Made by a program: the position numbers and the translations under genes. DNA of 64,000 nucleotides from a virus, in the IMG/VR virus record IMGVR_UViG_3300033143_003083, positions 13,173 through 77,172 of that record. One strand, 5' to 3'. Shown here piece by piece: positions 38,610-48,013 of the stretch. Below the pieces are notes generated by a model, which had not been told where the DNA came from, did no database searches, and worked only from the letters and a program-made list of their open reading frames with translations. Numbering within the stretch: position 1 is the first letter of the stretch; every line of letters begins with the position of its first letter.

Positions 38610-38833
38610 TTGTGCCCTTCTGTGTTTTTGATGCGGGTATGTTTACAAAACAATTTTTGTGTAAGTGCAGCACATGTTTGTGCTGTAGAATTACTATTCT
38701 TTAAACAACCTTCAAATGATTCTTTTATCAATTGCTTATTAGCGGCATCACCACAATCAATATTTGTGTGATAATTAGCTGCGTCACATGCAGTCAAGAG
38801 TAGTAATGATAATGCCAGTAGTATAGTTTTCAT
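38606..38833 (-). CDS. Small lipoprotein
   Basis: MKTILLALSLLLLTAC lipobox. Confidence 0.7.
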   Translation of the reverse strand: MKTILLALSLLLLTACDAANYHTNIDCGDAANKQLIKESFEGCLKNSNSTAQTCAALTQKLFCKHTRIKNTEGHK

Positions 38834-38834
38834 T

Positions 38835-39197
38835 TTATAACATCCAGAATTCATGTAAGTGTTCGTTATCAATAATGTGATTCTTTAAATCGGCTTGCCA
38901 TTTTTTAAAATTATCATGGGCAAGTTCATTCCCACCAAACCCAAAAAAGAAATCATCAGCTTTGTATTTTTCTTTACCTGCTAAAACAGAAGCAATGTAA
39001 GGATAGTATCTTTGACGATTTTCTTCTTGGGTTTCAGTAACAATATTTTTTATACCATTGTATAGATATGGATAGGATTTTATCACACCAAACAAAGACA
39101 TGACTCGCCTTAGACCATTATGAATATTATCATCTTTCATGATAGCTTCATAAGTTTCGATGGTGATTTCTTGTGGGGGATTTTGTATAATACCCAT
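38835..39197 (-). CDS. Family A protein, ends FWML
   Basis: YPYLY...HIIDNEHLHEFWML. Confidence 0.7.
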   Translation of the reverse strand: MGIIQNPPQEITIETYEAIMKDDNIHNGLRRVMSLFGVIKSYPYLYNGIKNIVTETQEENRQRYYPYIASVLAGKEKYKADDFFFGFGGNELAHDNFKKWQADLKNHIIDNEHLHEFWML

Positions 39198-39439
39198 TAC
39201 AGTATCCACCATGCTAACATATGTTCATTTTTTTGAATGTGTTTGATGATACCATCAAAGGTATTAACACCATCATACCCAATAGTTTTTTTCAAAAAGG
39301 TACGTATTGATCTAGACCCTTTAGGTCTTGATTTATCGTTAATAATATACACGTACAATGTAGGCCAACGTAATTCTATATGGTCAAAGATGTGCCAAAT
39401 GTAATCGGCATCATCCATAATTTTATCTGCTTCACTCAC
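39197..39439 (-). CDS. Family A protein, ends WWIL
   Basis: WPTLY...FLKK...HIQKNEHMLAWWIL. Confidence 0.7.
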   Translation of the reverse strand: MSEADKIMDDADYIWHIFDHIELRWPTLYVYIINDKSRPKGSRSIRTFLKKTIGYDGVNTFDGIIKHIQKNEHMLAWWIL

Positions 39440-39493
39440 GGCACACCCCCAAGTTAAAAAATGGAACGTCCTTGTTCCCCTTAACGTACTCTT

Positions 39494-40780
39494 TTATGCA
39501 GCTTCTTTCTCAGTCATGAATAACACTTCACCGTTATCCAACTTAAGATCCTGATTACCAGAAGATGTCACGATGACAATACATTGAACGTCCTCTACTT
39601 CATCATCAAGTGCTGCTTCTGGGATATACCCATCAGTAATGATAATGCATACAGCAGGTTCTTCTTCCTTCTCGTTAGCATATTCAAGCATCGGTGACAT
39701 TTCAGTACCACCACCACCAACCAAGTCAGTATTAATAGAACCAAATTCATCACCTTCTTCTGAACTGTACTCACCAATCAGGTGAGCATTAGTATCACAT
39801 GAGATAAGATCAACGTTCCAGTTATCAAATTCTTCACAGATGCTGTGTAACTCAGTTAACGCTTCTGCTAAGTCTGTGTTAGACATTGAACCTGATGTGT
39901 CCACACCAAATACCAATTCAATGTTATCGCCTGTCATAGTAGGGAAGATGATACGTGAATGGTAAGACTTACGCGAAGGACGGTTATATGTATAACGGTT
40001 CTTTGAAGTCTGTGTGATGAATTCACGTAACACAGTCTGCCAAGGAATCTTACTGTCAAGCAAGTCTTCGAACTGGCGAATCAAATCAGCATAACCTTCG
40101 CCCATGTTCTTCATTTTTTCCATGTCGTTCTGACCCATAGCAGATGCAATCTTCTGACGATTCTCAGTACGTTGAGCATCAGTCATTGATTCGCGGCTTA
40201 ATGCATCATAAGGACATTGACCATCTTTGTTTGGTTCACCGGCACTACCAAATTTACTTGCTGCCTTTTTAGCATCATTATCATTTTCTTTAAGTAAGAT
40301 ATGATAGATTTGATCGGCACTCATTTTTTTGTACTTTTCCTCATACAAACCAATCTTGGGCATAGCAATACGTGATTCTTTTAACTCTGTTAAATATGAG
40401 TTAATACAGAAGTCAGTACAAACATTCCACAACTCATGGTTGTAATTATGGTCTGTCTGTCTGCCGATATGTTCAAGGAAGATATGAAGCATTTCATGTG
40501 CAATAACAAACGCACGTTCTTTACGATTCATACCATTAAGGAATTCTTCATTCACATAAATTTTGTTTCCACCAACAGTAGTTGCTGCCATTGTCGGAAG
40601 ATCTTTTGTGAAGTAATATTCAGTTGACATAATTAAGAAACTGAAGAATGGGAAGATTCTTACTAAGTCAATTTTAGAAGTGGTAAGGTTAGATTTACTT
40701 TTGGCAGAAAAGTTTTTAACTGTACTCGGCAATCTGCCGCGTAACTGTTCTGACATTTCATTTTTCGTTTCTTCTGACAT
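39494..40780 (-). CDS. Metallopeptidase + vWA domain protein (DUF2201-like)
   Basis: HEMLH, W...D..IN, VDTSGSM MIDAS, GGGGT, ITDG. Confidence 0.88.
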   Translation of the reverse strand: MSEETKNEMSEQLRGRLPSTVKNFSAKSKSNLTTSKIDLVRIFPFFSFLIMSTEYYFTKDLPTMAATTVGGNKIYVNEEFLNGMNRKERAFVIAHEMLHIFLEHIGRQTDHNYNHELWNVCTDFCINSYLTELKESRIAMPKIGLYEEKYKKMSADQIYHILLKENDNDAKKAASKFGSAGEPNKDGQCPYDALSRESMTDAQRTENRQKIASAMGQNDMEKMKNMGEGYADLIRQFEDLLDSKIPWQTVLREFITQTSKNRYTYNRPSRKSYHSRIIFPTMTGDNIELVFGVDTSGSMSNTDLAEALTELHSICEEFDNWNVDLISCDTNAHLIGEYSSEEGDEFGSINTDLVGGGGTEMSPMLEYANEKEEEPAVCIIITDGYIPEAALDDEVEDVQCIVIVTSSGNQDLKLDNGEVLFMTEKEAA

Positions 40781-40811
40781 GTTATTCTCCTAAGTTTTCA
40801 ATTGAGAATTA

Positions 40812-40847
40812 TACACTATCCACCAGAGTTGTCCAGTGGATAGTGTA
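40812..40847. other. 12-bp inverted repeat between AAA and vWA genes, overlapping a possible promoter
   Basis: TACACTATCCAC...GTGGATAGTGTA; minus strand TGGACA-16-TATAAT. Confidence 0.5.
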
Positions 40848-40852
40848 ATTAA

Positions 40853-41977
40853 TTACGCCTCAACGTCACCTTGTTTGATGTAATCAGAAACTTTCTTGAA
40901 AGTAGTCATAGTATTCATAAGGATACTAGTGATTGCCTTATCAGACTGTTCATTCTTACGACCATCAAAAAGAGTCTTAACAGTTTTGTAAGTCATGATT
41001 AAGAAATCATCTTCAAGTTGAACCATGATTTTTTCAAGGTTCTTAACTTTCTTAACATCAGTTGCATTCTCAACAAGGTTAACAATCAAACTTGAAACCA
41101 ATGCGAATACTACACCGTTGTCATGTTGTGGAACTTTATAGTCTAGTTCACCTGACATGATTTTCTGGAAGTCTGGTAATACACCATAGAACTTACGGAA
41201 AGACATGAATGAAGATGCAACTTTATCACCGACACAACCACCAATAACATGTGCTAATTCTTCGTCATTGTAACCAACCTCAAGAAGATTACCGACTTGT
41301 TCCCATGAACGTGGTGTAGCAAAAGATACATCATTACGTTTAGGGTCGAAGTTATAAAGCATTGATGCATCAAAGTTTAAGAAACCAATAACTTGTTTAT
41401 TCAAACCAGTGTCAAATGCATAGACAGTGAAATCAGTTAAGTTAGATTTGATTTCAAGATGCATTGCATAACGATTAGCCAATGCAGGTGCAACACCTTT
41501 AGCACCTGTTTTATCTGATTTCATGTTACCAGCAGATACGATTGCCCAACCTTCAGCAAGTTCAACACCACGATGGATTTCACGATCAAGTACTATACGG
41601 TATGCTGAATGTTGTACTGGAACTGGTGCGTTACTCATTTCGTCCATAAACAAGATACCCTGTTCAGGGAACAGACCTGCTTTAACACGTTCTTTTGAAG
41701 GAAACCATTCTGGCACAGAAACTTTCATCGTTTCATGTTCATCATTTTCAGAACGTCCCACGTATGGAATACCAGCAACATCTGCTTGTTCCATTTGTGC
41801 CAGACGAACATCTTCAAAACCAATATTAAGTTCCTTGGTTACTTGTCTGATGATTGCTGATTTGCCGATACCCGGCGAACTATGCATATAGATAGGCATA
41901 TGAACGCCATGTTCGAGTTCGTGTAGAACTGCTTTGATTACATACTGCTTTGCTGCACTAATTGTAGTAGTAGGCAT
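40853..41977 (-). CDS. MoxR-like AAA+ ATPase
   Basis: SPGIGKS, DVRL, LFMDEM, AGN, PALANR, TPRSWE. Confidence 0.88.
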   Translation of the reverse strand: MPTTTISAAKQYVIKAVLHELEHGVHMPIYMHSSPGIGKSAIIRQVTKELNIGFEDVRLAQMEQADVAGIPYVGRSENDEHETMKVSVPEWFPSKERVKAGLFPEQGILFMDEMSNAPVPVQHSAYRIVLDREIHRGVELAEGWAIVSAGNMKSDKTGAKGVAPALANRYAMHLEIKSNLTDFTVYAFDTGLNKQVIGFLNFDASMLYNFDPKRNDVSFATPRSWEQVGNLLEVGYNDEELAHVIGGCVGDKVASSFMSFRKFYGVLPDFQKIMSGELDYKVPQHDNGVVFALVSSLIVNLVENATDVKKVKNLEKIMVQLEDDFLIMTYKTVKTLFDGRKNEQSDKAITSILMNTMTTFKKVSDYIKQGDVEA

Positions 41978-42037
41978 TTTTGGTACTCCCAAAATTGTTA
42001 GAGTTAAGGTTAAGGATCATTCCCAATCCATAGGCAT

Positions 42038-42084
42038 ATAGTATTATAGATTGAGTATTCTGTCAACTCTATAAGTCATTGATT
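42038..42084 (-). promoter_or_regulatory. Sigma70-type promoter with upstream IHF-consensus site
   Basis: TTGACA(42066-42061)-17-TACTAT, CAATCTATAAT in spacer; AATCAATGACTTA at 42084-42072. Confidence 0.65.
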
Positions 42085-42116
42085 TCATTGGATTATGGAA
42101 ATTGGTTAAAAAAGCA

Positions 42117-42305
42117 TCAGAAGATTTCACGCTTTTGCATATAATCTTCTAATATTTCTAGGACATCTGTTATTGATTTGGTTACAGCAGGTGATCCTGT
42201 TGTAAGATTGATCTTGGTTACTAATGTATCTTGAAGCGCAATAAGTTCTTTGTCAGTCAGTGACTTCCAAATGTTAATGTAATCTGTTTGTAATAAATAA
42301 TTCAT
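42117..42305 (-). CDS. Hypothetical protein
   Basis: ORF; start trimmed out of terminator hairpin. Confidence 0.5.
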   Translation of the reverse strand: MNYLLQTDYINIWKSLTDKELIALQDTLVTKINLTTGSPAVTKSITDVLEILEDYMQKREIF

Positions 42306-42309
42306 AGTT

Positions 42310-42337
42310 AAAAAAGGAGGGATCATTTCTGATCCCT
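42310..42337 (-). terminator. Intrinsic terminator after SSB gene
   Basis: AGGGATCA-GAAA-TGATCCCT then CC and T-run. Confidence 0.7.
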
Positions 42338-42357
42338 ATCCCCCCTATCAAATCGTC

Positions 42358-43242
42358 TTACTCTTTGTTTTTATCTTTATTTTTCAAACGATTCAACAAC
42401 GAACTTGCTGACGATTTTTTCTTTTCTGGCGAACCATCAGCTTCGTTACTGCTATCACCATCACTGCTATCATCTGCATCACCACTTGATGAATCATCAG
42501 AACGACTCGTAGAACGTCTTGACGCTTTGGTATCAACTTCAATTGCTTTGTCTAACCATTTGTCCATATCTTCAGTCGTAGTTACGTCTGGTGATTCTGC
42601 AAACAAATCAAACAACACAAGTTCACCACTGTCGAATGCTTCAAAAATTTCATCACTCAATGGTTCTTCTTTTCTTGCAAAGTAAGATTTATCATATGCT
42701 GGATAACCATTACTACCAATGGTACGTTTGATAATGAAATCAGTATCCATTATTTCATCGACTTGTTGTTCAATGACAGCTTCTTTTAAAATTTCATAAA
42801 CAGCATACGGAAGGTTAATCAATTTGATTGGATTACCATCATCTGTTTCGTTAACTTCAATTGGTGAATCCATCACAATGCACTGGGCAAGATGTTTTGA
42901 ATTACTTCTCCAACGTTTTGCTTCTTCTTTGTTGCCATCATTGTGATAACCCCAAGAATGTTGGCACACCGGACAATCTTCACCGCTAGAACTATAAGAA
43001 CAATTGATGTTATCAAGCCCACGTAGTTTCAGACCACCACCATGAATTTCGTACTCTGACCAGTACTCACCTGTATCACCAGCATCAGGTAATAAACGAA
43101 TAGTCATTTTGCCATTTTCTTTAAGGTCAAAGTAATTTAGGAAACGTTTGTCCCCACCACCTTTCTTGCTTTTCTTTTCTTCATCGTCCTTCAGTAATTT
43201 CTCACGAAGTTTTGCCGAACTTGCTCTATCTTTAAGACTCAT
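42358..43242 (-). CDS. Single-stranded DNA-binding protein (gp32-like)
   Basis: IRLLP, H...C...CPVC, DF.IK...G...YDKS.F, acidic Ser-rich tail. Confidence 0.82.
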   Translation of the reverse strand: MSLKDRASSAKLREKLLKDDEEKKSKKGGGDKRFLNYFDLKENGKMTIRLLPDAGDTGEYWSEYEIHGGGLKLRGLDNINCSYSSSGEDCPVCQHSWGYHNDGNKEEAKRWRSNSKHLAQCIVMDSPIEVNETDDGNPIKLINLPYAVYEILKEAVIEQQVDEIMDTDFIIKRTIGSNGYPAYDKSYFARKEEPLSDEIFEAFDSGELVLFDLFAESPDVTTTEDMDKWLDKAIEVDTKASRRSTSRSDDSSSGDADDSSDGDSSNEADGSPEKKKSSASSLLNRLKNKDKNKE

Positions 43243-43316
43243 AATATTTTTTCTCCTGTAATTATCTGTTATCTTATTTTTTTATTGTAGTCTTTTTATT
43301 AAGAAGACTTAAAAAC

Positions 43317-44018
43317 TTATTGTACTTGAGGCATTACCATGAATATGAGTTCATTTACTTCGATGTAAAGGATACCCATATCACCAACTCCAAGTTCAAC
43401 CGAGTCATTGTTTTTGATAGCATGACGAAGTAATCTCATTACGCTATCTGTTCGCCAATCGTAAGACCATTCACCACTACATTGATCAGCGATCACATCG
43501 GTAAATGAATCAGAACCATCATCAAACATTTCAATGACTGTTTCGTTATTTATGCCTGTTATAGAAAGTATGTTTGAGTTCATTGCCTGATTAGCTTTGA
43601 TTAAGTTTGTGATGTATTCTTTTGTTAATGTTATAACATTATTAACAGCATCATCAATAGTACCAGACGGAACATTTATAGTTTGTGGATTGGCAAAGGT
43701 GAATGAAACTTTCTTTCTGCTTTCTTTGAATGTCACAGACTTGACATAATCTTCTACTTCAACCTGTGACACTTTTGTTTTACTCAAATCAAATAGATTC
43801 ATTCTGCCGAGCATCACTGGTACACGTGTGATACCCATAGTGGTGTCAACTATGTTACTGTCAACTTCTGATACTAAAACGATGGACGGTCTTTCTTCAT
43901 CACTGGTACTGTCAGCACCACGAATCACTACCCCGTCTTCTTTCTTTTCAATAATAATTTCTTTGATGCCAGCAACATTAATAGTTTCTAACACGCTATG
44001 TAAACGTTCGATGTTCAT
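43317..44018 (-). CDS. Probable sliding clamp (gp45-like)
   Basis: 233 aa acidic, two-domain beta-rich pattern, between Pol and SSB. Confidence 0.55.
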   Translation of the reverse strand: MNIERLHSVLETINVAGIKEIIIEKKEDGVVIRGADSTSDEERPSIVLVSEVDSNIVDTTMGITRVPVMLGRMNLFDLSKTKVSQVEVEDYVKSVTFKESRKKVSFTFANPQTINVPSGTIDDAVNNVITLTKEYITNLIKANQAMNSNILSITGINNETVIEMFDDGSDSFTDVIADQCSGEWSYDWRTDSVMRLLRHAIKNNDSVELGVGDMGILYIEVNELIFMVMPQVQ

Positions 44019-44032
44019 TGTGGTTTCCTCTT

Positions 44033-44488
44033 TTATAACTTCTTAAATTCTTCGTGTGCTTCTAACAGTTGAAGAATGTTATTATAACTTTTTCTATTAC
44101 ATGCATCAACATTATTGGTTTCATCTGTAGAATATATTAACTGCCTAAGACAACGTAAATCTTTTTTTACAATAGTTGAGTCTTGGTTGTTATATCTGTC
44201 CAACCAATCTTGTGCCTCATTGTATACATTTATAATAGTTGATGCATTTTCATCATTGAACTTACATCCTTCTATATATTCTGCTATGTCTCTCCATGAA
44301 CTACCTGAATTCAATCTATCACATATGATGCAATCTTTTAAAACTTCATCATCAAGAAATTTACTAAAATCGTTTACGTATTCAATCACCATTTTATAAT
44401 GAAAAAACTTATCGACATGAGAATCATATGGCATACTTATATACCACGATCCATCACGTCTGTGCCGTACACTAAAGTTATAACTCAC
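44033..44488 (-). CDS. Hypothetical protein, ends FKKL
   Basis: ORF. Confidence 0.6.
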   Translation of the reverse strand: MSYNFSVRHRRDGSWYISMPYDSHVDKFFHYKMVIEYVNDFSKFLDDEVLKDCIICDRLNSGSSWRDIAEYIEGCKFNDENASTIINVYNEAQDWLDRYNNQDSTIVKKDLRCLRQLIYSTDETNNVDACNRKSYNNILQLLEAHEEFKKL

Positions 44489-45026
44489 CAGTAGTTAACT
44501 CATAAAACTTTTCCAGAAATTTCATTTCTGCGTCTTGGGGTGTCATACATTCAAGTTCGATGTCAGGTAACGGTGTTGTTATTATTTTGTTTATTGCCCA
44601 ACCCTCACCTTTAGAATGCATCAACCGTTTTATCTCAATTCGTAATGCATTCATATCAGCAAGATGAACTTCTTCTGGGAAGGGTTCGGTTAACTCATAT
44701 TTGGTGTAGATGGCATTCATCACTTTACATTCCATCATTTTATAATTTTGAAGGAATGGTTTGATTGGGCTTGCCACATCAGTCAGATATGCTTCACTTG
44801 CATCATGTAGTAACCCATACAACTTAAATTCATCTGGGCATAACTCAGTGACTAACAAGCAATGTTCTGCTATAGAATAAAACTCAGAACAATGTCCTGT
44901 ATAACGGCATTGCATTGATAACGAATGTGCAATGTCAGTTATGTTAATTTGTTCAGAAATTGGGTTCAAAAAATCAAACTTGATGCCACTGTATGTTTCA
45001 ATGTAATTATCTATTTTGTTGTCCAT
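44478..45026 (-). CDS. HD-domain phosphohydrolase (5'-deoxynucleotidase-like)
   Basis: DIAHSLS..CRY.GH..FYSIAEH, LLHDASEAY.D. Confidence 0.88.
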   Translation of the reverse strand: MDNKIDNYIETYSGIKFDFLNPISEQINITDIAHSLSMQCRYTGHCSEFYSIAEHCLLVTELCPDEFKLYGLLHDASEAYLTDVASPIKPFLQNYKMMECKVMNAIYTKYELTEPFPEEVHLADMNALRIEIKRLMHSKGEGWAINKIITTPLPDIELECMTPQDAEMKFLEKFYELTTGEL

Positions 45027-45033
45027 AATATAC

Positions 45034-45915
45034 CTAATATTTTAGTAAAGATGAAGTTAATGCATTCTGTCTGGACTTCCGGTCATAACCGATAGGAGTC
45101 AAAAATATATTAACTTTCTTCAACACGGTGTTCCATTGTGATTTCCAATCAACTTCAAGTTGGTCTATGAAGTCGGGTAACACTTCTGCATCAACAGGAA
45201 CAGCAATATACTTAAACGTTGGATGGTTAAGGTACACAATACGCACCTTGTCACCAGACATAATTTTAGTATCACTTGAACCACACAAAGAGTTATAATT
45301 CATAGACGCTCTTACGTGGTAGGGGAATCCTTTCATATTCTTGGCACTTTCGTACTTCACTTCATACTTCTTCAAACTCTTAACTGCTTTTGGATTTCCA
45401 ATATCAAGGAAAGACATATCATGATATTCTTCTTCAAAGGTGTCAACAAATATTTTCACTTCTTCGTAACTTTTTTTATCCATTAACAATTCAACAAGAT
45501 CCGTCAACATACTTTGTATAATTTTAGGTGTGTCTGATTTCTTAATGGCAACACCCATGATCTTCAGCTTATCAACTTCAACACCTTCCATGTCAACCAG
45601 ATGCATCACATACATCTTCTTACCAAGGAAGTATGCTTTGTCTGCTACTGCTTCTCTGTCTGTTTGTATCACACGTGAACGATTCCAATCAGAGTTAAAC
45701 ACGTCCTTCATGAATTGGGGGAATGCATCATTTGCTTCCTTACCAATCATATCAGCAAACTCAATAACTTCTTTCTTGTCTGCATCTTTATCAAACTTAC
45801 ACGATAGATCTATGTAAGCTGAATCGGTATCACCTGCTATGATGTGTTTAGGGTGGTATTTGATATACTCATTGATAACCCCCGTAAACACAAATGTATT
45901 AAAATTCTTACTCAT
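45034..45915 (-). CDS. Family B DNA polymerase, C-terminal part
   Basis: AGDTDS motif C, KKMY, KIMG..K.SDTP, HVRA..NYN. Confidence 0.9.
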   Translation of the reverse strand: MSKNFNTFVFTGVINEYIKYHPKHIIAGDTDSAYIDLSCKFDKDADKKEVIEFADMIGKEANDAFPQFMKDVFNSDWNRSRVIQTDREAVADKAYFLGKKMYVMHLVDMEGVEVDKLKIMGVAIKKSDTPKIIQSMLTDLVELLMDKKSYEEVKIFVDTFEEEYHDMSFLDIGNPKAVKSLKKYEVKYESAKNMKGFPYHVRASMNYNSLCGSSDTKIMSGDKVRIVYLNHPTFKYIAVPVDAEVLPDFIDQLEVDWKSQWNTVLKKVNIFLTPIGYDRKSRQNALTSSLLKY

Positions 45916-46099
45916 TCTTATCCACTATTAATTGTATTTCTTCTGCTAACGTATCAGCATGATTCACTAAGTCTATCATATCAGAATTACTTTCAGTCAG
46001 ATCAAGATTTCGATGCATCTTAATAAACACTCTGCGTAAATTTTTGATATGAGCACTTATCGTAATTTTACTCAATCTATAATTCCTTATAACTATCAA
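45908..46099 (-). CDS. Small ORF between polymerase halves
   Basis: ORF; start uncertain. Confidence 0.5.
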   Translation of the reverse strand: MIVIRNYRLSKITISAHIKNLRRVFIKMHRNLDLTESNSDMIDLVNHADTLAEEIQLIVDKNE

Positions 46100-46301
46100 T
46101 CATAGTTATTATGTCATGACCTGCTTCGGTCAACTCATACAGTCCATCATTGAATACCACTAACCCATCTTCCATCAGTACCATCATGTATTCCAGATCA
46201 GATGATGCCAACATAAAATCACCAAAATATAATTTAGAATGTGGTTGTGTCATTGCTTTATGACATTTGTACAACCACACATGTGAGTTGTTAAAAATCA
46301 T
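46077..46301 (-). CDS. Family B protein between polymerase halves
   Basis: EDGLV...YELTEAG...YKEL. Confidence 0.7.
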   Translation of the reverse strand: MIFNNSHVWLYKCHKAMTQPHSKLYFGDFMLASSDLEYMMVLMEDGLVVFNDGLYELTEAGHDIITMIDSYKEL

Positions 46302-48013
46302 GCTGCTTCCACTATCTGATCTGCTTTCCACATCTGGAACTTTTCAATCTGTTGTCCTGTGTGAGTTACACTTGATGCTAATGATATTGAATAGAACCTA
46401 CTGTATTGATTACTGATTGCTCCGTACAGACTGTTCAGGTAAAGTTTCCTGATGTTCTGCATCATATCATAGTAATCACCTTCAGCTTTGTTACCTGCCT
46501 TATAGAACTTTTTAGATTTAGCTTTAAGTGCTTTACGTTCATCAAACCATAATCCGAGTACTTCAGGTATGATACCCAGTTCTTGATTGAAAATACTTCC
46601 GTATGCAGATATTGTATAATTCATATCTCGTAACATTTCGAATACTTCAAATCCTTTCATGGTGATCACTTCACCAGTTGATACGAATACCAAATCTATA
46701 TCATCAGTACTTTGTTCAACCACCTTAACAAAATCATGTTCATTACCATCACACTGAAACATATGTGTCTCTGGTGAAATGTTAATTGCTCTGATGACTG
46801 ATGGGTACAATGCAGTTAAATCAATGCTGCTACACCACCCGTATGCTGATGCTGTTGTATCAAGTACATAACCACCTTCAAATTCTTCTTTGGTGTTGTC
46901 ACCCTTATCAGGCATTATCAATTTATCTTCTCTGTCGAAATGACAGTAGTTGATAATGGTGTGTTCCAGATTCTTAATTGAACCAAACACATCAGTAAAT
47001 TTGGTTGTTGCACGTGCCGTTACAGTCACACACAATTCCATAAAATGCAACTTGTCATCTAACATCTTAAGCAGACGTGAATCATGCAAACTGTATTCAA
47101 AGAATGTCTTAGGATCTGAACGATAGAGATCACCTAAGTCACCTCTGTATGCAAGTTTCTTAGATTTCAATTCATATTCTGCTATGGCATCCAATGCATA
47201 CGATTCTCTTTCACCAAATGTAAACTTCTTATAGAGTTGCATGTAATCAACATGGGAACGTCCCACAAGAGTGTAGTGTACATATTTGTTACCGAAGTCA
47301 TCCAGCTTCTCATAAAATCTGACAGAGTGACCATTACGACACATCTTTCTCAGACCTTCTGTCTCACCATAAATTTTGATACACCTTTCATAGATGTAAC
47401 CAACATCGTACTTGTCACCGTTCCATGCTGAAAGTATATCTATGTCCTTTATCAACTTCAGGAATGTGTCTATGACCTGACGTTCGGTTACACAGTGATG
47501 TACGGTTAAGTTCTCACCTTCTTCACAATCAATTTCAACTGAGTCATGAAGTACAACCATATGAAATTCATCTTTGTATCTGTCGTAAAGTGATACTGAA
47601 TTGATTTCACCATAAGGATTCTCAGGTGTTGGATATCCGATACCATCAGATAAATCATAATCAACTTCAATATCGTACAACCCAACGTTAACAGTAAGGT
47701 CATCGTCCTGATAGAAATTGTTAGATAGGTATTTGTAAACGGGACTGATATCAGATTCAAATATATTCTTATGTGACTTTGTGTAGTTATTAAATTTCAA
47801 CCTGTTGTCAAATTCTTGTTTGGATAAACTGTCACCAAATAGTGACGTATGTGTACAGTTGTTCTCATTACGTCTGTAGCAATAATACGGTGCATTTTCT
47901 TCGATGTAATGTAACTCATTACTACCGTCACGATACCAACACCGGATCATGTTATTACGTTCTATTGCATCTATATAAATCTTAATTCTCCTTTTGATTA
48001 TAATTATAGGCAT
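46298..48013 (-). CDS. Family B DNA polymerase, N-terminal part (true start may be ATT at 47980)
   Basis: YDIEV ExoI, WNGDKYD ExoII, YSLHD ExoIII, DLTALYPS motif A, KLYLNSLYG motif B. Confidence 0.92.
   Translation of the reverse strand: MPIIIIKRRIKIYIDAIERNNMIRCWYRDGSNELHYIEENAPYYCYRRNENNCTHTSLFGDSLSKQEFDNRLKFNNYTKSHKNIFESDISPVYKYLSNNFYQDDDLTVNVGLYDIEVDYDLSDGIGYPTPENPYGEINSVSLYDRYKDEFHMVVLHDSVEIDCEEGENLTVHHCVTERQVIDTFLKLIKDIDILSAWNGDKYDVGYIYERCIKIYGETEGLRKMCRNGHSVRFYEKLDDFGNKYVHYTLVGRSHVDYMQLYKKFTFGERESYALDAIAEYELKSKKLAYRGDLGDLYRSDPKTFFEYSLHDSRLLKMLDDKLHFMELCVTVTARATTKFTDVFGSIKNLEHTIINYCHFDREDKLIMPDKGDNTKEEFEGGYVLDTTASAYGWCSSIDLTALYPSVIRAINISPETHMFQCDGNEHDFVKVVEQSTDDIDLVFVSTGEVITMKGFEVFEMLRDMNYTISAYGSIFNQELGIIPEVLGLWFDERKALKAKSKKFYKAGNKAEGDYYDMMQNIRKLYLNSLYGAISNQYSRFYSISLASSVTHTGQQIEKFQMWKADQIVEAA

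Noticed and set aside
44478-45026. DatZ indicating a 2-aminoadenine genome
   Set aside because: Generic HD hydrolase; no PurZ in the window, and a Dam methylase is present
45908-46301. Split intein or group I intron in the polymerase
   Set aside because: No Cys/Ser start or His-Asn end, no intron core recognised, and the gap is filled by coupled ORFs
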